DNA of 64,000 nucleotides from Heptranchias perlo (GCF_035084215.1 NC_090357.1:806001-870000), one strand, 5' to 3'; counted from the stretch's first letter, positions 33,440 through 47,673 are shown. Notes: a model not told the origin generated them from the letters alone. Numbers and translations: made by a program.

Positions 33440-33700
33440 CTGTCTCGGCTGTGCTGCTCCTGGAGCTCTGTGTCTCAGCCCTACAGGCCCTCGCTGTATA
33501 TGAGGGCATCTTATCAGCGGCTGATAAGGAGCAGCTTTGTTCGGGCTCAGAACATGGACTTTCTCTGCTGCACAGAGAACGTGGAACTTCCAACAAACCT
33601 GTTACAGTCAGCGGTGATGTGTTTCCTCAAATGTGGCTCAAACTCCACCGCGATTCCCCTCCTGGTACAAAAGTCATAGTTTGATAACATCTGTAATGTT
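33440..33700 (-). promoter_or_regulatory. apoa4 copy A non-coding exon 1 and proximal promoter
   Basis: Donor cag|GTAAGAG at 33440/33439. TATA-like CATATACAG at 33502-33494. Palindromic double GATA CTTATCAGC-G-GCTGATAAG at 33510-33528. HNF4-like GAAAGTCCA at 33563-33555. Matching acceptor ttttcag|AG at 33083 with branch point ACTAAC at 33110-33105. Confidence 0.7.
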
Positions 33701-33724
33701 TCTCATCTTCTAAGCACTTATTCT

Positions 33725-34005
33725 GAGGGGTTTTGAGCGAGTAAATAGGGAGCAACTATTTCCAGTGGCAGGAGGGTCGGTAACCAGAGGACACAGATTT
33801 AACTAATTGGCAAAAGAACCGGGGGGGAGATGAGGAGAATTTTTTTTACTCAGTGAGTTGTGATGATCTGGAATGTGCTGCCTGAAAGGGCGGTGGAAGC
33901 AGATTCAATAATAACTTTCAAAAGGGAATTGGTAAAATACTTGAAAAGGAGAAATTTGCAGGGCTCTGGGGAAAGAGGAGGGGAGTGGGATTAATTGGAT
34001 AGATC
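33725..34005 (+). mobile_element. CR1 3' fragment just upstream of the apoa4 promoter (also at ~42177, ~50628 and ~59064)
   Basis: Matches CR1 C-terminal coding sequence (TGGAATGTGCTGCCTGAAAGGGCGGTGGAAGCAGATTCAATAATAACTTTCAAAAGGGAA). Confidence 0.8.
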
Positions 34006-34189
34006 TTTCTCTGATTTCACCCTCTTGTGAGGTAAGGTTCTGCTACACTATCCGATCAAACAATTTCATGCCTACCGACTGTCGCATCTTAATCGAACAA
34101 TCAGTTTTTGTAGATGGACAATAGATACTGCCCGGCAATCACAGAACGATTAAGAATTCCTGGGGCCCTGAGCACGGTTGGGGTGAGAG

Positions 34190-34555
34190 AGACAATTAGG
34201 GGGAGAGACAGATGGGAGAGAGACAGATGGGAGAGAGACAGATGGGGGACAGACAGATGGGAGAGAGACAGATGGGGGACAGACAGATGGGAGAGAGACA
34301 GATGGGGGACAGACGGTTGTGGGAGAGATGGTTGTGGGAGAGACATTTGTGGGAGAGACTATTGGGGAGAGGTGGTTGGGGGCAAGACAGTTGGGGGGAG
34401 ATGGTTGGGGGAGAGAGAGTTGGGAGGAGAGAGAGTTTGGGGAAAGTAGATTGGGGAGAGAGAGTTGGGGGATAGACAGATGGGGAGGGACAGTTGGAGG
34501 TGAGGCGGTCGGGGGAGAGACAGTTGAGGGAGAGCGAGTTGAGGTGAGAGACAGC
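34190..34555. repeat. 15-bp minisatellite (GAGAGACAGATGGGR)n (also at ~42640-43005, ~51090-51440 and ~59525-59845)
   Basis: Tandem 15-mers that degenerate rightwards; the copy at ~51090 is about one repeat shorter. Confidence 0.88.
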
Positions 34556-34569
34556 ATTTGGAAGCAATA

Positions 34570-35302
34570 GGAACATAGGAACAGGAGGAGGCCATTCAGC
34601 CCCTCGTGCCTGCTCCGTCATTTGATAAGATCATGGCTGATCTGTGATCTAACTCCATATACCTGCCTTTGGCCCATATCCCTTAATACCTTTGGTTGCC
34701 AAAAAGCTATCTATCTCAGATTTAAATTTAGCAATTGAGCTAGTATCAATTGCCGTTTGCGGAAGAGAGTTCCAAACTTCTATCACCCTTTGTGTGTAGA
34801 AATGTTTTCTAATCTCACTCCTGAAAGGTCTGGCTCTAATTTTTAGACTGTGCCCCCTACTCCTAGAATCCCCAACCAGCGGAAATAGTTTCTCTCTATC
34901 CACCCTATCCGTTCCCCTTAATATCTTATAAACTTTGATCAGATCACCCCATAACCTTTGAAACTCTAGAGAATACAACCCCAATTTGTGTAATCTCTCC
35001 TCGTAACTTAACCCTTGAAGTCCGGGTATCATTCCAGTAAACCTACGCTGCACTCCCTCCAAGGCCAATATGTCCTTCCGAAGGTGCGGTGCCCAGAACT
35101 GCTCACAGTACTCCAGGTGCGGTCTAACCAGGGTTTTGTATAGCTGCAGCATAACTTCTGCCCCCTTGTACTCTAGTCCTCTCGATATAAAGGCCAGCAT
35201 TCCATTAGCCTTATTGATTATTTTCTGTACCTGTTCATGACACTTCAATGATCTATGTACCTGAACCCCTAGGTCCCTTTGGACATCCACTGTTTTTAAC
35301 TT
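34570..35302 (-). mobile_element. 5'-truncated CR1 (ORF2 C-terminus) with a probable CAATA target-site duplication
   Basis: ORF 34649-35305 (QRDLGV, RPHLEYC, WNSLP); CCTATGTT tail; flanks GCAATA...CAATA. Confidence 0.9.
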
Positions 35303-36724
35303 CAATATACAGAGTTGTTTGAGACCAGTAACTACAGCGTACAGTCTACAGCCGACACAGACATTGGCTGTGAGCTGCCCTGAAGAGGAATTTCACTCTG
35401 GGCACCGGGTGGGAGCTCTGTCCATGTGTGCTCTGCTCCAGGGCTGTGAGTTTCGAATGATTTGAATGAATGACTCACCTCCTGACCCCTCAAAAACTCT
35501 CCACCACCTACAAGGCTGAAGTTGGGAATGTGATGGAATATTCACCACTCACTGGGATGGTGTTGCTGCAACAACACAACACCATCCAGGACAAAGCAGT
35601 TCACTCGATCGACACCCTCATCAATGGACTGAATATCCACTCTCTTCACCATTGGTACATTGTGGTCGCAGTACGTGCAATCCACAGGATGCAGTGCAGG
35701 AACTCACCAAGTTTGCTTACACATCAAATCCCAGCCACACAATCTCGGCCATTGAGAAGGACAAGAGCAGCGACACTATGAAAACACCATCACATGTATG
35801 TTCTCCTCTCCTTAACCCTTGAAGTCCGGGTATCATTCTAGTAAACCTACGCTGCACTCCCTCCAAGTCCAATATGTCCTTCCGAAGGTGCGGTGCCCAG
35901 AACTGCTCACAGTACTCCAGGTGCGGTCTAACCAGGGTTTTGCATAGCTGCAGCATAACTTCTGCCCCCTTGGTTACGGGGAGCGGGCAGGAAATTGGAC
36001 ATTAATTTAGATTGAGGTTAGGATCAGATCAGCCATGATCTTATTGAATGGCGGAGCAGGCTCGAGGGGCCGATTGGCCTACTCCTGCTCCTATTCCTTA
36101 TGTTCTTATGTTAACACACCAACCTGTCATGAACATATATGGCCATTCCTTCACCGTCACTGGATTAAAATCCTGGAATTCCCTGCTTAAAACCATTGTT
36201 GGAACGCCATCATCACAGGGACTGCTGGGGTTCAATGCGAAGGCTGACCAGCACCTGCTTAGGGCAAGTGATGGGCAATAAATGTGGCCTTGCCAGCGAC
36301 GCCCACCTCCCGAGAACAAATAATAATTTTAAAAATGAAAATGATAAAGTATCTGGAGGTCTAGCTGGACAGGGACTGGAGTTATACTGCCACGCTCTGG
36401 AATTGGATCAATTCTATCGTCACTTTCGTGTTACAATGAAGTGGAAACCAGTTGCACAGTATAGAAAGAGAGACTTGCATTTATATAGTGCCTTTCACAA
36501 CCTCAGGACGTCCCAAGGCGCTTCCCGGCCAATGAAGTTCAGAGTAACGGCAGGGTAACAGAGTGAAAATAACCTGAGATTGGTTTGAGCCTGACTCCAA
36601 TTCTGAGCAGAAACAGCCTCACTGCCTAAAGACACAAACACAAAGCCTGAAATATTTCAATCAGTGAGTCACTTCACTGCTTTGCAATGTCACGCCTCTG
36701 ATGTGTGTAATATTTGTGAGATAG

Positions 36725-38557
36725 AACAGAATCATTGACTCATACAGCACAGAAGGAGGCCATTCGGCCCATCGTGCCTGTGCCGGCTCATTCAAAGCTA
36801 TCCAATTAGTCCCACTCTCCTGCTCTTTCCCCATAGTCCTGCAAATTTTCCCCCTTCGATTATTTATCCAATTCCTTTTTGAAATCCGCGATTGAATCTG
36901 CTTCCACCGCCCTTTCAGGCAGTGAATTCCAGATCATCACAACTCGCTGCGTAAAAACATTTTTCCTCACGTCATCTCTGATTCTTTTGCCAGTTACCTT
37001 AAATCTGTGTCCTCTGGTTACTAACCCAACTGCCACTGGAAACCGTTTCTCCTTATTTACTCTGTCAAAACCCTTCATGATTTTGAACACCTCGATTAAA
37101 TCTCCTCTTAACCTTCTCTGGTCGAAGGAGAACAATCCCAGCTTCTCCAGTCTCTTCACGTAACTGAAGACTTTTATTCTAGTAAATCTCTTCTGCACCC
37201 TCTCTAAGGCCTTGACATCCTTCCTAAAGTGTGGTGCCCAGAATTGGCCACAATACTCCAGCTGGGGTCTAACCAGTGTTTTATAAAGGTTTAGTATAAC
37301 TTCCTTGCTTTCTGCCTCTATTTATTAAGCCCAGGATCCCTTTTGCCTTTTTAACAGCCTTCTCAACTTGTCCTGTCACCTTCAAAGATTTGTGGATTGT
37401 CTCTCCTCATTCTTCCTTCCAAATGTATCACTTCACACTTCTCTGCATTAAATTCCATCTGCCACGTGTCTGCCCATTTCACCAGTCTGTCTCTGTCCTC
37501 CTGAAGTCTGTTACTATCCTCCACACTCATTACTACATATCCGAGTTTCGTGTCATGTGCAAATTTTGAAATTATACCCTCTATATCCAAGTCAAGGTCA
37601 TTGATATAAATCAAAAAAAGCAGTGGTCCCAACACCGACCCCTGGGAAACACCACTGTAAACTTCCCTCCAGTCTGAGAAACAACTGTTCACCTCTACTC
37701 TCTGCTTTCTGTCACTTAGTCAATTACGTATCCATGATGCCACTGCCCCTTTAATTCTATGGCTTTAATTTTGCGAACAAGTCTATTGTGTGAGACTTTA
37801 TCAAATGTCTTTTGAAAGTCCATTTACACATCGGCTGCACTCCCCTCATCAACCCTCTCCGTTACTTCATCAAAGAACTTGATCAAGTTGGTTAGACCAC
37901 CCTTGGAGCACTGTGCACAGTTCTGTTCTCCATATTATAAAAAAGATGTGGAGGCACCGGAGAAGGTGCAACAAGGATTCACAAGAATAATATCAGAACT
38001 GAACAGTTATAATTGTCGGGAAAGGCTGAACAGGCTGGGGCTCTTTTCTCTAGAAAAGAGAAGGCTGAGGGGTGACCTGATCGAGGTCTTTAAGATTATG
38101 AAAGGGTTTGATGAGGTAGACGTAGAGAAGATGTTTTCACTTGTGGGGGGGTCCAAAACTAGAATTCATAAATATAAGATAGTCACTAATAAATCCAATA
38201 GGGAATTCAGGAGAAACTTCTTTCCCCAGAGAGTGGTGAGAATGTGGAACTCGCTCCCACAAGGAGTAGTTGAGGTGAATAGTGCAGATCGATTTTAGGG
38301 GAAGCTCGATAAACACATGAGGAAGAAAGGAATAGAAGGATATGCTGATAGGGTGAGATGAAGTTGGGAGGGAGGAGACTCGTGTGGAGCGTAAACACCA
38401 GCATGGACCAGTTGGGCCGAATGGCCTGTTTCTGAGCTGTAGACTCGATGTAACCCAGTGTTAGTCAAACACGATTTGCCTTTAACAAATCCATGCTGAC
38501 TTTCATTAACCCATATTTTTCCAAGTGTCAATTAATTTTGTCCCAGATTATTGTCTC
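36725..38557 (-). mobile_element. Same nested CR1 pair, unit B
   Basis: ORFs 36860-37198, 37363-37692 and 37879-38298. Confidence 0.88.
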
Positions 38558-39222
38558 CAATTTATTTAATAATAGATTTTTAATATATGATGCAAAAGGC
38601 AAACTGCAAGGAAACTTCTGATCAAAGAAAGTAAATCAGAAAATGAGGAGAAAATAAGATATTGAGGCCGTGCTGGTGGGAAGTTGGAGAATTGGAAACA
38701 GTCAGTGGAAATACTTGTTAGAAACCCAGTTTCAAGTCAGAGTCACACTGGGAGCTCGTCCAACACCATCATTATCACTAGTGACAGGCAGAGGGCTGGG
38801 GGGAGAGAGGGACCAGCCCGTGAGGGGAGGGGTCTTGTGTCCAGTGCGTGAAGTGAGTCTTCTTTCATTGACCAAGAATAGGCAGTAACAGAACCCATGG
38901 GGATTCTATCAGCTGAAACCTTCCACCCTCCAAATTCAGCAATCTGTGCCAGTGGAATAAGATAATTAAACAAACTGGACATTTACTGACTGACACTTTG
39001 CAAACGATGAAATAAAACACGGAAACGTTATCAGTTCGAAAGTCATTTAAAGATTTCTTCTCCACATTTACAGTCCACGCTCTGGAATTTCAATCAGTGA
39101 TTTTAAATCCATTCCTTTCTACAACAAATAAATACATTGAAGATCGTTATAAATAAAGACACAATGCTCTGTGCTCCGAGAGGGCTCCACAATCCTGAGT
39201 CACAGTTTGGCCGAATAACTTT

Positions 39223-41480
39223 CTAATCCTCATTTATTTCTCCAAGGTTCTGGCGGAAGTTGTCCCACAAGGTGGTGAGTTGGATCTCCAGATCCCGCTG
39301 GATGCTGTCTGCATACGGGACAAGCCTCTCTCGCATCTCCTCCACATTCTGGCTGATCACCTTGTTCAGCTGTTCAGAGTAGGGAGCAATGTTCTGATGG
39401 AACTCCTCGATTCTCTGGTTGACGTTGCTGTTGAGATCGTCAATGTATGGGGCCAAATTTTGGTTCATGCTTCCCATGTTCTCGTTGAGCTTTTCTTTCA
39501 GTTCTGCGACGTAAGGGACCAGCCTTTGCTTCAGAACCTCCACAGTCTCGTTGACCTTTCCCTGTAGCTCCTGAGCGTATGGCACAACCTTCTGGGTCAT
39601 TTCACCAATCTGTTGGTTCATCTTGGTCTGGACATCTTTGGCATAGGGAGCCATGGTATTGCGAAGCTCCTGGACTTTCTCATCAAACCTGGTGCGGAAT
39701 TCCTCAGCATCGGCCATCACCTTCTGCCTGAGCTTGTCCACATTCTCAGTGATCTTCTGCTGGAGTTGTTCAGCGTATGGAGTCAGAACTTCCCTCAGGT
39801 TCTCTGCGTTGTCTTCCAGTTTAGCCTGAAGCTCTTTGGTGTAGGGAGTCAACCTCTGGCGGAGTTCCTCAGCGTTGGTGTTCAGCTGGTGGCGGAGCTC
39901 TTCAGCGTAAGGTGTCAGCTTCTGATGAAATTCTTCAATGTTCCTGCTGATCTTCTGGTGAACTCCATCAGCAAAAGGAGAAAGCTTCACCCTCAGGTCT
40001 TCCAGCTCCTGCCTGATCTGCTGGCGGAGATTCTCAGCATCTACTGTCATCTTTACACGAAGGTCGTCTGCGATGGGAGTCAGCCTCTGTTGGAGATCCT
40101 CAGCGTATCCATTGACGTTCTGCAGGTTATCCTTTATAAGATAACTGGAAAAGCAAACAAGAAAAGGTGATTTATTACATAGATGGAATAGGAAAAAATC
40201 ATTTTGTTTGAGAGCTTTTTGGCCAATGGACTCTTGACTAAGAATGGTTCAGGAACAGAACACAGTGGAGGACAGGGAGACCAGAAATGATGAGGACAGT
40301 GGTTTATCAGGAAAATAATTGACATGGGACCACAAAACCAACCATCCCACTGAGCGAGTTCCTGCCATCCGAGTTGGATTGTGTAACACCAGAGTAATAT
40401 TGGCCTGTAGTGGCAGGAATGGGTTTATCAAACACCATCGAAAGACGTCCATTTTACACCGATGGACATTTTTTGATGATGTCATTCCCTCCTTTTCTGT
40501 AATTTTTGATCCCCTTGTTTGAAGCTGAATAGGCCACTGCCCATTGGCTTGCGGGTCACTCTCAATCAGCTGGCCATTGGTTGACCGTGAGGTGATGGTT
40601 CCCTCTGACTCTCTCGCCTCCCACTCAATGCCCCCTCCCCCGATTCAGTTCAAGGACTCCGCAAAGTGTGATTCCATTCTGTCTCTATCCCGGCCCCATG
40701 GCAGTGGGAATTAACTGGCCAAGTTTTCAATGACGTTTCTTCCTTCGATGTTTTTACTGGACGGCCATTTCTCGCTGTGTCCCAGGAGGCTGATCTGTAC
40801 CGATGGCCCCACCTCACTCCCGGTACTCACTTGAGCCGTTGTCCGATTTCGGAGCGCTGGATCTGATCCACACTGTCCTTGGCGTCATTGGTCAATTGGC
40901 TGATGTAATCCCAGAATGCATCTCGAACCTGACCTCCATTGAACTCAGCCCGGGAGCCTATAGGGAGGAAGGAAACCAGAGGATCAGAGCGGGAACACGA
41001 GAAGAACATTCACTGAATTACTGTTCATTTCACAGACAAGCAGCTTGTGATGATTCATTGACTTCACCATATCCTGTCTGGGGAATGTCCATCAGGGAGT
41101 AAAAAGATGGATCAGTTGCCTCCTCTCTGGAGACCGGTTCGGGATGGTCCAATGAGTAAAATCCCTTTGTCTTTGAACATCTGGGACCAGGGTTTAAAAC
41201 AAGCCCAGACAGAGGGGATGAAGCCGTCTCTCCACAATGAGACGCTGAGTGGTAGAACATGCTACGCACAGGTCTCTTACCTCGAGACCCGAGCTTAGAA
41301 CTGGTCCAAACAGAGGGCATGAAGATCGTGTGTCTGATGTCCATAAAATGCCATTCATGCTCAGACAGGCAGCAAAAACCAACAGCACAAAACAAGCAGT
41401 CCAATAACCCAGGGAAGTATGGAAGACCTACCTGAGACCATGATGGCAGCTACGAACACAAGGATTGCCTTGGGAAACAT
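39223..41480 (-). CDS. apoa4: Apolipoprotein A-IV-like, array copy B (coding exons 41480-41432, 40957-40831, 40144-39223)
   Basis: Copy of A at +8452; splice sites and ORF intact; private substitutions KVMAD and VQTKM. Confidence 0.93.
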
Positions 41481-41891
41481 GGTGGATTTCTCAAACTGGC
41501 GAATTGAATACAATTTCTGTTTTCTCAACCAATCTCTGAAAAGGCAAAAAATCCGGGTTAGTCTGAGATTTCAATCACAAAATCTTTCATGGTCTGTTAT
41601 TGCATTCCGTGTGGAACTTGCTTCCTGCTGAAAATCTGTTGCATTTATTTACAGGACATTCTGATTATTAAAGTCTCTCTCTGAACCTCACACAATTATA
41701 AACTGTCACCTGACTGTAAATATAAACCAGTATTCTTTATATCAGGTGTGAGCTTCCACCAGTTGTCTGAGACACTGCGACCTTACACAGAGAGCACCGT
41801 CTGAGCAGGTCCCTGGGTAAGTGTGTAAACACTGTGTGTTCCCCGGCTTGTAGCAGTGTGAGGTGCAGCTGTTACACTCAGCTCCTCTTAC

Positions 41892-42152
41892 CTGTCTCGG
41901 CTGTGCTGCTCCTGGAGCTCTGTGTCTCAGCCCTACAGGCCCTCGCTGTATATGAGGGCATCTTATCAGCGGCTGATAAGGAGCAGCTTTGTTCGGGCTC
42001 AGAACATGGACTTTCTCTGCTGCACAGAGAACGTGGAACTTCCAACAAACCTGTTACTGTCAGCGGTGATGTGTTTCCTCAAATGTGGCTCAAACTCCAC
42101 CGCGATTCCCCTCCTGGTACAAAAGTCATAGTTTGATAACATCTGTAATGTT
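41892..42152 (-). promoter_or_regulatory. apoa4 copy B exon 1 and promoter
   Basis: Same motifs as copy A at +8452 (GATA palindrome 41962-41980). Confidence 0.68.
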
Positions 42153-43021
42153 TCTCATCTTCTAAGCACTTATTCTGAGGGGTTTTGAGCGAGTAAATAG
42201 GGAGCAACTATTTCCAGTGGCAGGAGGGTCGGTAACCAGAGGACACAGATTTAATTAATTGGCAAAAGAACCGGGGGGGAGATGAGGAGAATTTTTTTTA
42301 CTCAGTGAGTTGTTCTGATCTGGAATGCGCTGCCTGAAAGGGCGGTGGAAGCAGATTCAATAATAATTTTCAAAAGGGAATTGGTAAAATACTTGAAAAG
42401 GAGAAATTTGCAGGGCTCTGGGGAAAGAGGAGGGGAGTGGGATTAATTGGATAGATCTTTCTCTGATTTCACCCTCTTGTGAGGTAAGGTTCTGCTACAC
42501 TATCCGATCGAACAATTTCATGCCTACCGACTGTCGCATCTTAATCGAACAATCAGTTTTTGTAGATGGACAATAGATACTGCCCGGCAATCACAGAACG
42601 ATTAAGAATTCCTGGGGCCCTGAGCACGGTTGGGGTGAGAGAGACAATTAGGGGGAGAGACAGATGGGAGAGAGACAGATGGGAGAGAGACAGATGGGGG
42701 ACAGACAGATGGGAGAGAGACAGATGGGGGACAGACAGATGGGAGAGAGACAGATGGGGGACAGACGGTTGTGGGAGAGATGGTTGTGGGAGAGACATTT
42801 GTGGGAGAGACTATTGGGGAGAGGTGGTTGGGGGCAAGACAGTTGGGGGGAGATGGTTGGGGGAGAGAGAGTTGGGAGGAGAGAGAGTTTGGGGAAAGTA
42901 GATTGGGGAGAGAGAGTTGGGGGATAGACAGATGGGGAGGGACAGTTGGAGGTGAGGCGGTCGGGGGAGAGACAGTTGAGGGAGAGCGAGTTGAGGTGAG
43001 AGACAGCATTTGGAAGCAATA

Positions 43022-43754
43022 GGAACATAGGAACAGGAGGAGGCCATTCAGCCCCTCGTGCCTGCTCCGTCATTTGATAAGATCATGGCTGATCTGTGAT
43101 CTAACTCCATATACCTGCCTTTGGCCCATATCCCTTAATACCTTTGGTTGCCAAAAAGCCATCTATCTCAGATTTAAATTTAGCAATTGAGCTAGTATCA
43201 ATTGCCGTTTGCGGAAGAGAATTCCAAACTTCTATCACCCTTTGTGTGTAGAAATGTTTTCTAATCTCACTCCTGAAAGGTCTGGCTCTAATTTTTAGAC
43301 TGTGCCCCCTACTCCTAGAATCCCCAACCAGCGGAAATAGTTTCTCTCTATCCACCCTATCCGTTCCCCTTAATATCTTATAAACTTTGATCAGATCACC
43401 CCTTAACCTTTGAAACTCTAGAGAATACAACCCCAATTTGTGTAATCTCTCCTCATAACTTAACCCTTGAAGTCCGGGTATCATTCTAGTAAACCTACGC
43501 TGCACTCCCTCCAAGGCCAATATGTCCTTCCGAAGGTGCGGTGCCCAGAACTGCTCACAGTACTCCAGGTGCGGTCTAACCAGGGTTTTGTTTAGCTGCA
43601 GCATAACTTCTGCCCCCTTGTACTCTAGTCCTCTTGATATAAAGGCCAGCATTCCATTAGCCTTATTGATTATTTTCTGTACCTGTTCATGACACTTCAA
43701 TGATCTATGTACCTGAATCCCTAGGTCCCTTTGGACATCCACTGTTTTTAACTT
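43022..43754 (-). mobile_element. Same truncated CR1, next unit
   Basis: ORF 43101-43757. Confidence 0.9.
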
Positions 43755-45175
43755 CAATATACAGAGTTGTTTGAGACCAGTAACTACAGCGTACAGTCTA
43801 CAGCCGACACAGACATTGGCTGTGAGCTGCCCTGAAGAGGAATTTCACTCTGGGCACCGGGTGGGAGCTCTGTCCATGTGTGCTCTGCTCCAGGGCTGTG
43901 AGTTTCGAATGATTTGAATGAATGACTCACCTCCTGACCCCTCAAAAACTCTCCACCACCTACAAGGCTGAAGTTGGGAATGTGATGGAATATTCACCAC
44001 TCACTGGGATGGTGTTGCTGCAACAACACAACACCATCCAGGACAAAGCAGTTCACTCGATCGACACCCTCATCAATGGACTGAATATCCACTCTCTTCA
44101 CCATTGGTACATTGTGGTCGCAGTACGTGCAATCCACAGGATGCAGTGCAGGAACTCACCAAGTTTGCTTACACGTCAAATCCCAGCCACACAATCTCGG
44201 CCATTGAGAAGGACAAGAGCAGCGACACTATGAAAACACCATCACATGTGTGTTCTCCTCTCCTTAACCCTTGAAGTCCGGGTATCATTCTAGTAAACCT
44301 ACGCTGCACTCCCTCCAAGTCCAATATGTCCTTCCGAAGGTGCGGTGCCCAGAACTGCTCACAGTACTCCAGGTGCGGTCTAACCAGGGTTTTGCATAGC
44401 TGCAGCATAACTTCTGCCCCCTTGGTTACGGGGAGCGGGCAGGAAATTGGACATTAATTTAGATTGAGGTTAGGATCAGATCAGCCATGATCTTATTGAA
44501 TGGCGGAGCAGGCTCGAGGGGCCGATTGGCCTACTCCTGCTCCTATTCCTTATGTTCTTATGTTAACACACCAACCTGTCATGAACATATATGGCCATTC
44601 CTTCACCGTCACTGGATTAAAATCCTGGAATTCCCTGCTTAAAACCATTGTTGGAACGCCATCATCACAGGGACTGCTGGGGTTCAATGCGAAGGCTGAC
44701 CAGTACCTGCTTAGGGAAGTGATGGGCAATAAATGTGGCCTTGCCAGCGACGCCCACCTCCCGAGAACAAATAATAATTAAAAAAATGAAAATGATAAAG
44801 TATCTGGAGGTCTAGCTGGACAGGGACTGGAGTTATACTGCCACGCTCCGGAATTGGATCAATTCTATCGTCACTTTCGTGTTACAATGAAGTGGAAACC
44901 AGTTGCACAGTATAGAAAGAGAGACTTGCATTTATATAGTGCCTTTCACAACCTCAGGACGTCCCAAGGCGCTTCCCGGCCAATGAAGTTCAGAGTAACG
45001 GCAGGGTAACAGAGTGAAAATAACCTGAGATTGGTTTGAGCCTGACTCCAATTCTGAGCAGAAACAGCCTCACTGCCTAAAGACACAAACACAAAGCCTG
45101 AAATATTTCAATCAGTGAGTCACTTCACTGCTTTGCAATGTCACGCCTCTGATGTGTGTAATATTTGTGAGATAG

Positions 45176-47008
45176 AACAGAATCATTGACTCATACAGAA
45201 CAGGAGGAGGCCATTCGGCCCATCGTGCCTGTGCCGGCTCATTCAAAGCTATCCAATTAGTCCCACTCTCCTGCTCTTTCCCCATAGTCCTGCAAATTTT
45301 CCCCCTTCGATTATTTATCCAATTCCTTTTTGAAATCCGCGATTGAATCTGCTTCCACCGCCCTTTCAGGCAGTGAATTCCAGATCATCACAACTCGCTG
45401 CGTAAAAACATTTTTCCTCACGTCATCTCTGATTCTTTTGCCAGTTACCTTAAATCTGTGTCCTCTGGTTACTAACCCAACTGCCACTGGAAACCGTTTC
45501 TCCTTATTTACTCTGTCAAAACCCTTCATGATTTTGAACACCTCGATTAAATCTCCTCTGAACCTTCTCTGCTCTGAGGAGAACAATCCCAGCTTCTCCA
45601 GTCTCTTCACGTAACTGAAGACTTTTATTCTAGTAAATCTCTTATGCACCCTCTCTAAGGCCTTGACATCCTTCCTAAAGTGTGGTGCCCAGAATTGGCC
45701 ACAATACTCCAGCTGGGGTCTAACCAGTGTTTTATAAAGGTTTAGTATAACTTCCTTGCTTTCTGCCTCTATTTATTAAGCCCAGGGTCCCGATTGCCTT
45801 TTTAACAGCCTTCTCAACTTGTCCTGTCACCTTCAAAGATTTGTGGATTGTCTCTCCTCATTCTTCCTTCCAAATGTATCACTTCACACTTCTCTGCATT
45901 AAATTCCATCTGCCATGTGTCTGCCCATTTCACCAGTCTGTCTCTGTCCTCCTGAAGTCTGTTACTATCCTCCACACTCATTACTACATTTCCGAGTTTC
46001 GTGTCATGTGCAAATTTTGAAATTATACCCTCTATATCCAAGTCAAGGTCATTGATATAAATCAAAAAAAGCAGTGGTCCCAACACCGACCCCTGGGAAA
46101 CACCACTGTAAACTTCCCTCCAGTCTGGGAAACAACTGTTCACCTCTACTCTCTGCTTTCTGTCACTTAGTCAATTACGTATCCATGATGCCACTGCCCT
46201 TTTAATTCTATGGCTTTAATTTTGCGAACAAGTCTATTGTGTGAGACTTTATCAAATGTCTTTTGAAAGTCCATTTACACATCGGCTGCACTCCCCTCAT
46301 CAACCCTCTCCGTTACTTCATCAAAGAACTCCATCAAGTTGGTTAGACCACCCTTGGAGCACTGTGCACAGTTCTGTTCTCCATATTATAAAAAAGATGT
46401 GGAGGCACTGGAGAAGGTGCAACAAGGATTCACAAGAATAATATCAGAACTGAATAGTTATAACTGTCGGGAAAGGCTGAACAGGCTGGGGCTCTTTTCT
46501 CTAGAAAAGAGAAGGCTGAGGGGTGACCTGATAGAGGTCTTTAAGATTATGAAAGGGTTTGATGGGGTAGACGTAGAGAAAATGTTTCCACTTGTGGGGG
46601 AGACCAAAACTAGAATTCATAAATATAAGATAGTCACTAATAAATCCAATAGGGAATTCAGGAGAAACCTCTTTACCCAGAGAGTGGTGAGAATGTGGAA
46701 CTCGCTCCCACAAGGAGCAGTTGAGGTGAATAGTGTGGATGGATTTAAGGGGAAGCTCGATAAACACATGAGGAAGAAAGGAATAGAAGGATATGCTGAT
46801 AGGGTGAGATGAAGTAGGGAGGGAGGAGACTCGTGTGGAGCGTAAACACCAGCATGGACCAGTTGGGCCGAATGGCCTGTTTCTGAGCTGTAGACTCGAT
46901 GTAACCCAGTGTTAGTCAAACACGATTTGCCTTTAACAAATCCATGCTGACTTTCATTAACCCATATTTTTCCAAGTGTCAATTAATTTTGTCCCAGATT
47001 ATTGTCTC
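45176..47008 (-). mobile_element. Same nested CR1 pair, unit C
   Basis: ORFs 45311-45649, 45814-46143 and 46339-46812. Confidence 0.88.
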
Positions 47009-47673
47009 CAATTTATTTAATAATAGATTTTTAATATATGATGCAAAAGGCAAACTGCAAGGAAACTTCTGATCAAAGAAAGTAAATCAGAAAATGAGGA
47101 GAAAATAAGATATTGAGGCCGTGCTGGTGGGAAGTTGGAGAATTGGAAACAGTCAGTGGAAATACTTGTTAGAAACCCAGTTTCAAGTCAGAGTCACACT
47201 GGGAGCTCGTCCAACACCATCATTATCACTAGTGACAGGCAGAGGGCTGGGGGGAGAGAGGGACCAGCCCGTGAGGGGAGGGGTCTTGTGTCCAGTGCGT
47301 GAAGTGAGTCTTGTTTCATTGACCAAGAATAGGCAGTAACAGAACCCATGGGGATTCTATCAGCTGAAACCTTCCACCCTCCAAATTCAGCAATCTGTGC
47401 CAGTGGAATAAGATAATTAAACAAACTGGACATTTACTGACTGACACTTTGCAAACGATGAAATAAAACACGGAAACGTTATCAGTTCGAAAGTCATTTA
47501 AAGATTTCTTCTCCACATTTACAGTCCACGCTCTGGGATTTCAATCAGTGATTTTAAATCCATTCCTTTCTACAACAAATAAATACATTGAAGATCGTTA
47601 TAAACAAAGACACAATGCTCTGTGCTCCGAGAGGGCTCCACAATCCTGAGTCACAGTTTGGCCGAATAACTTT

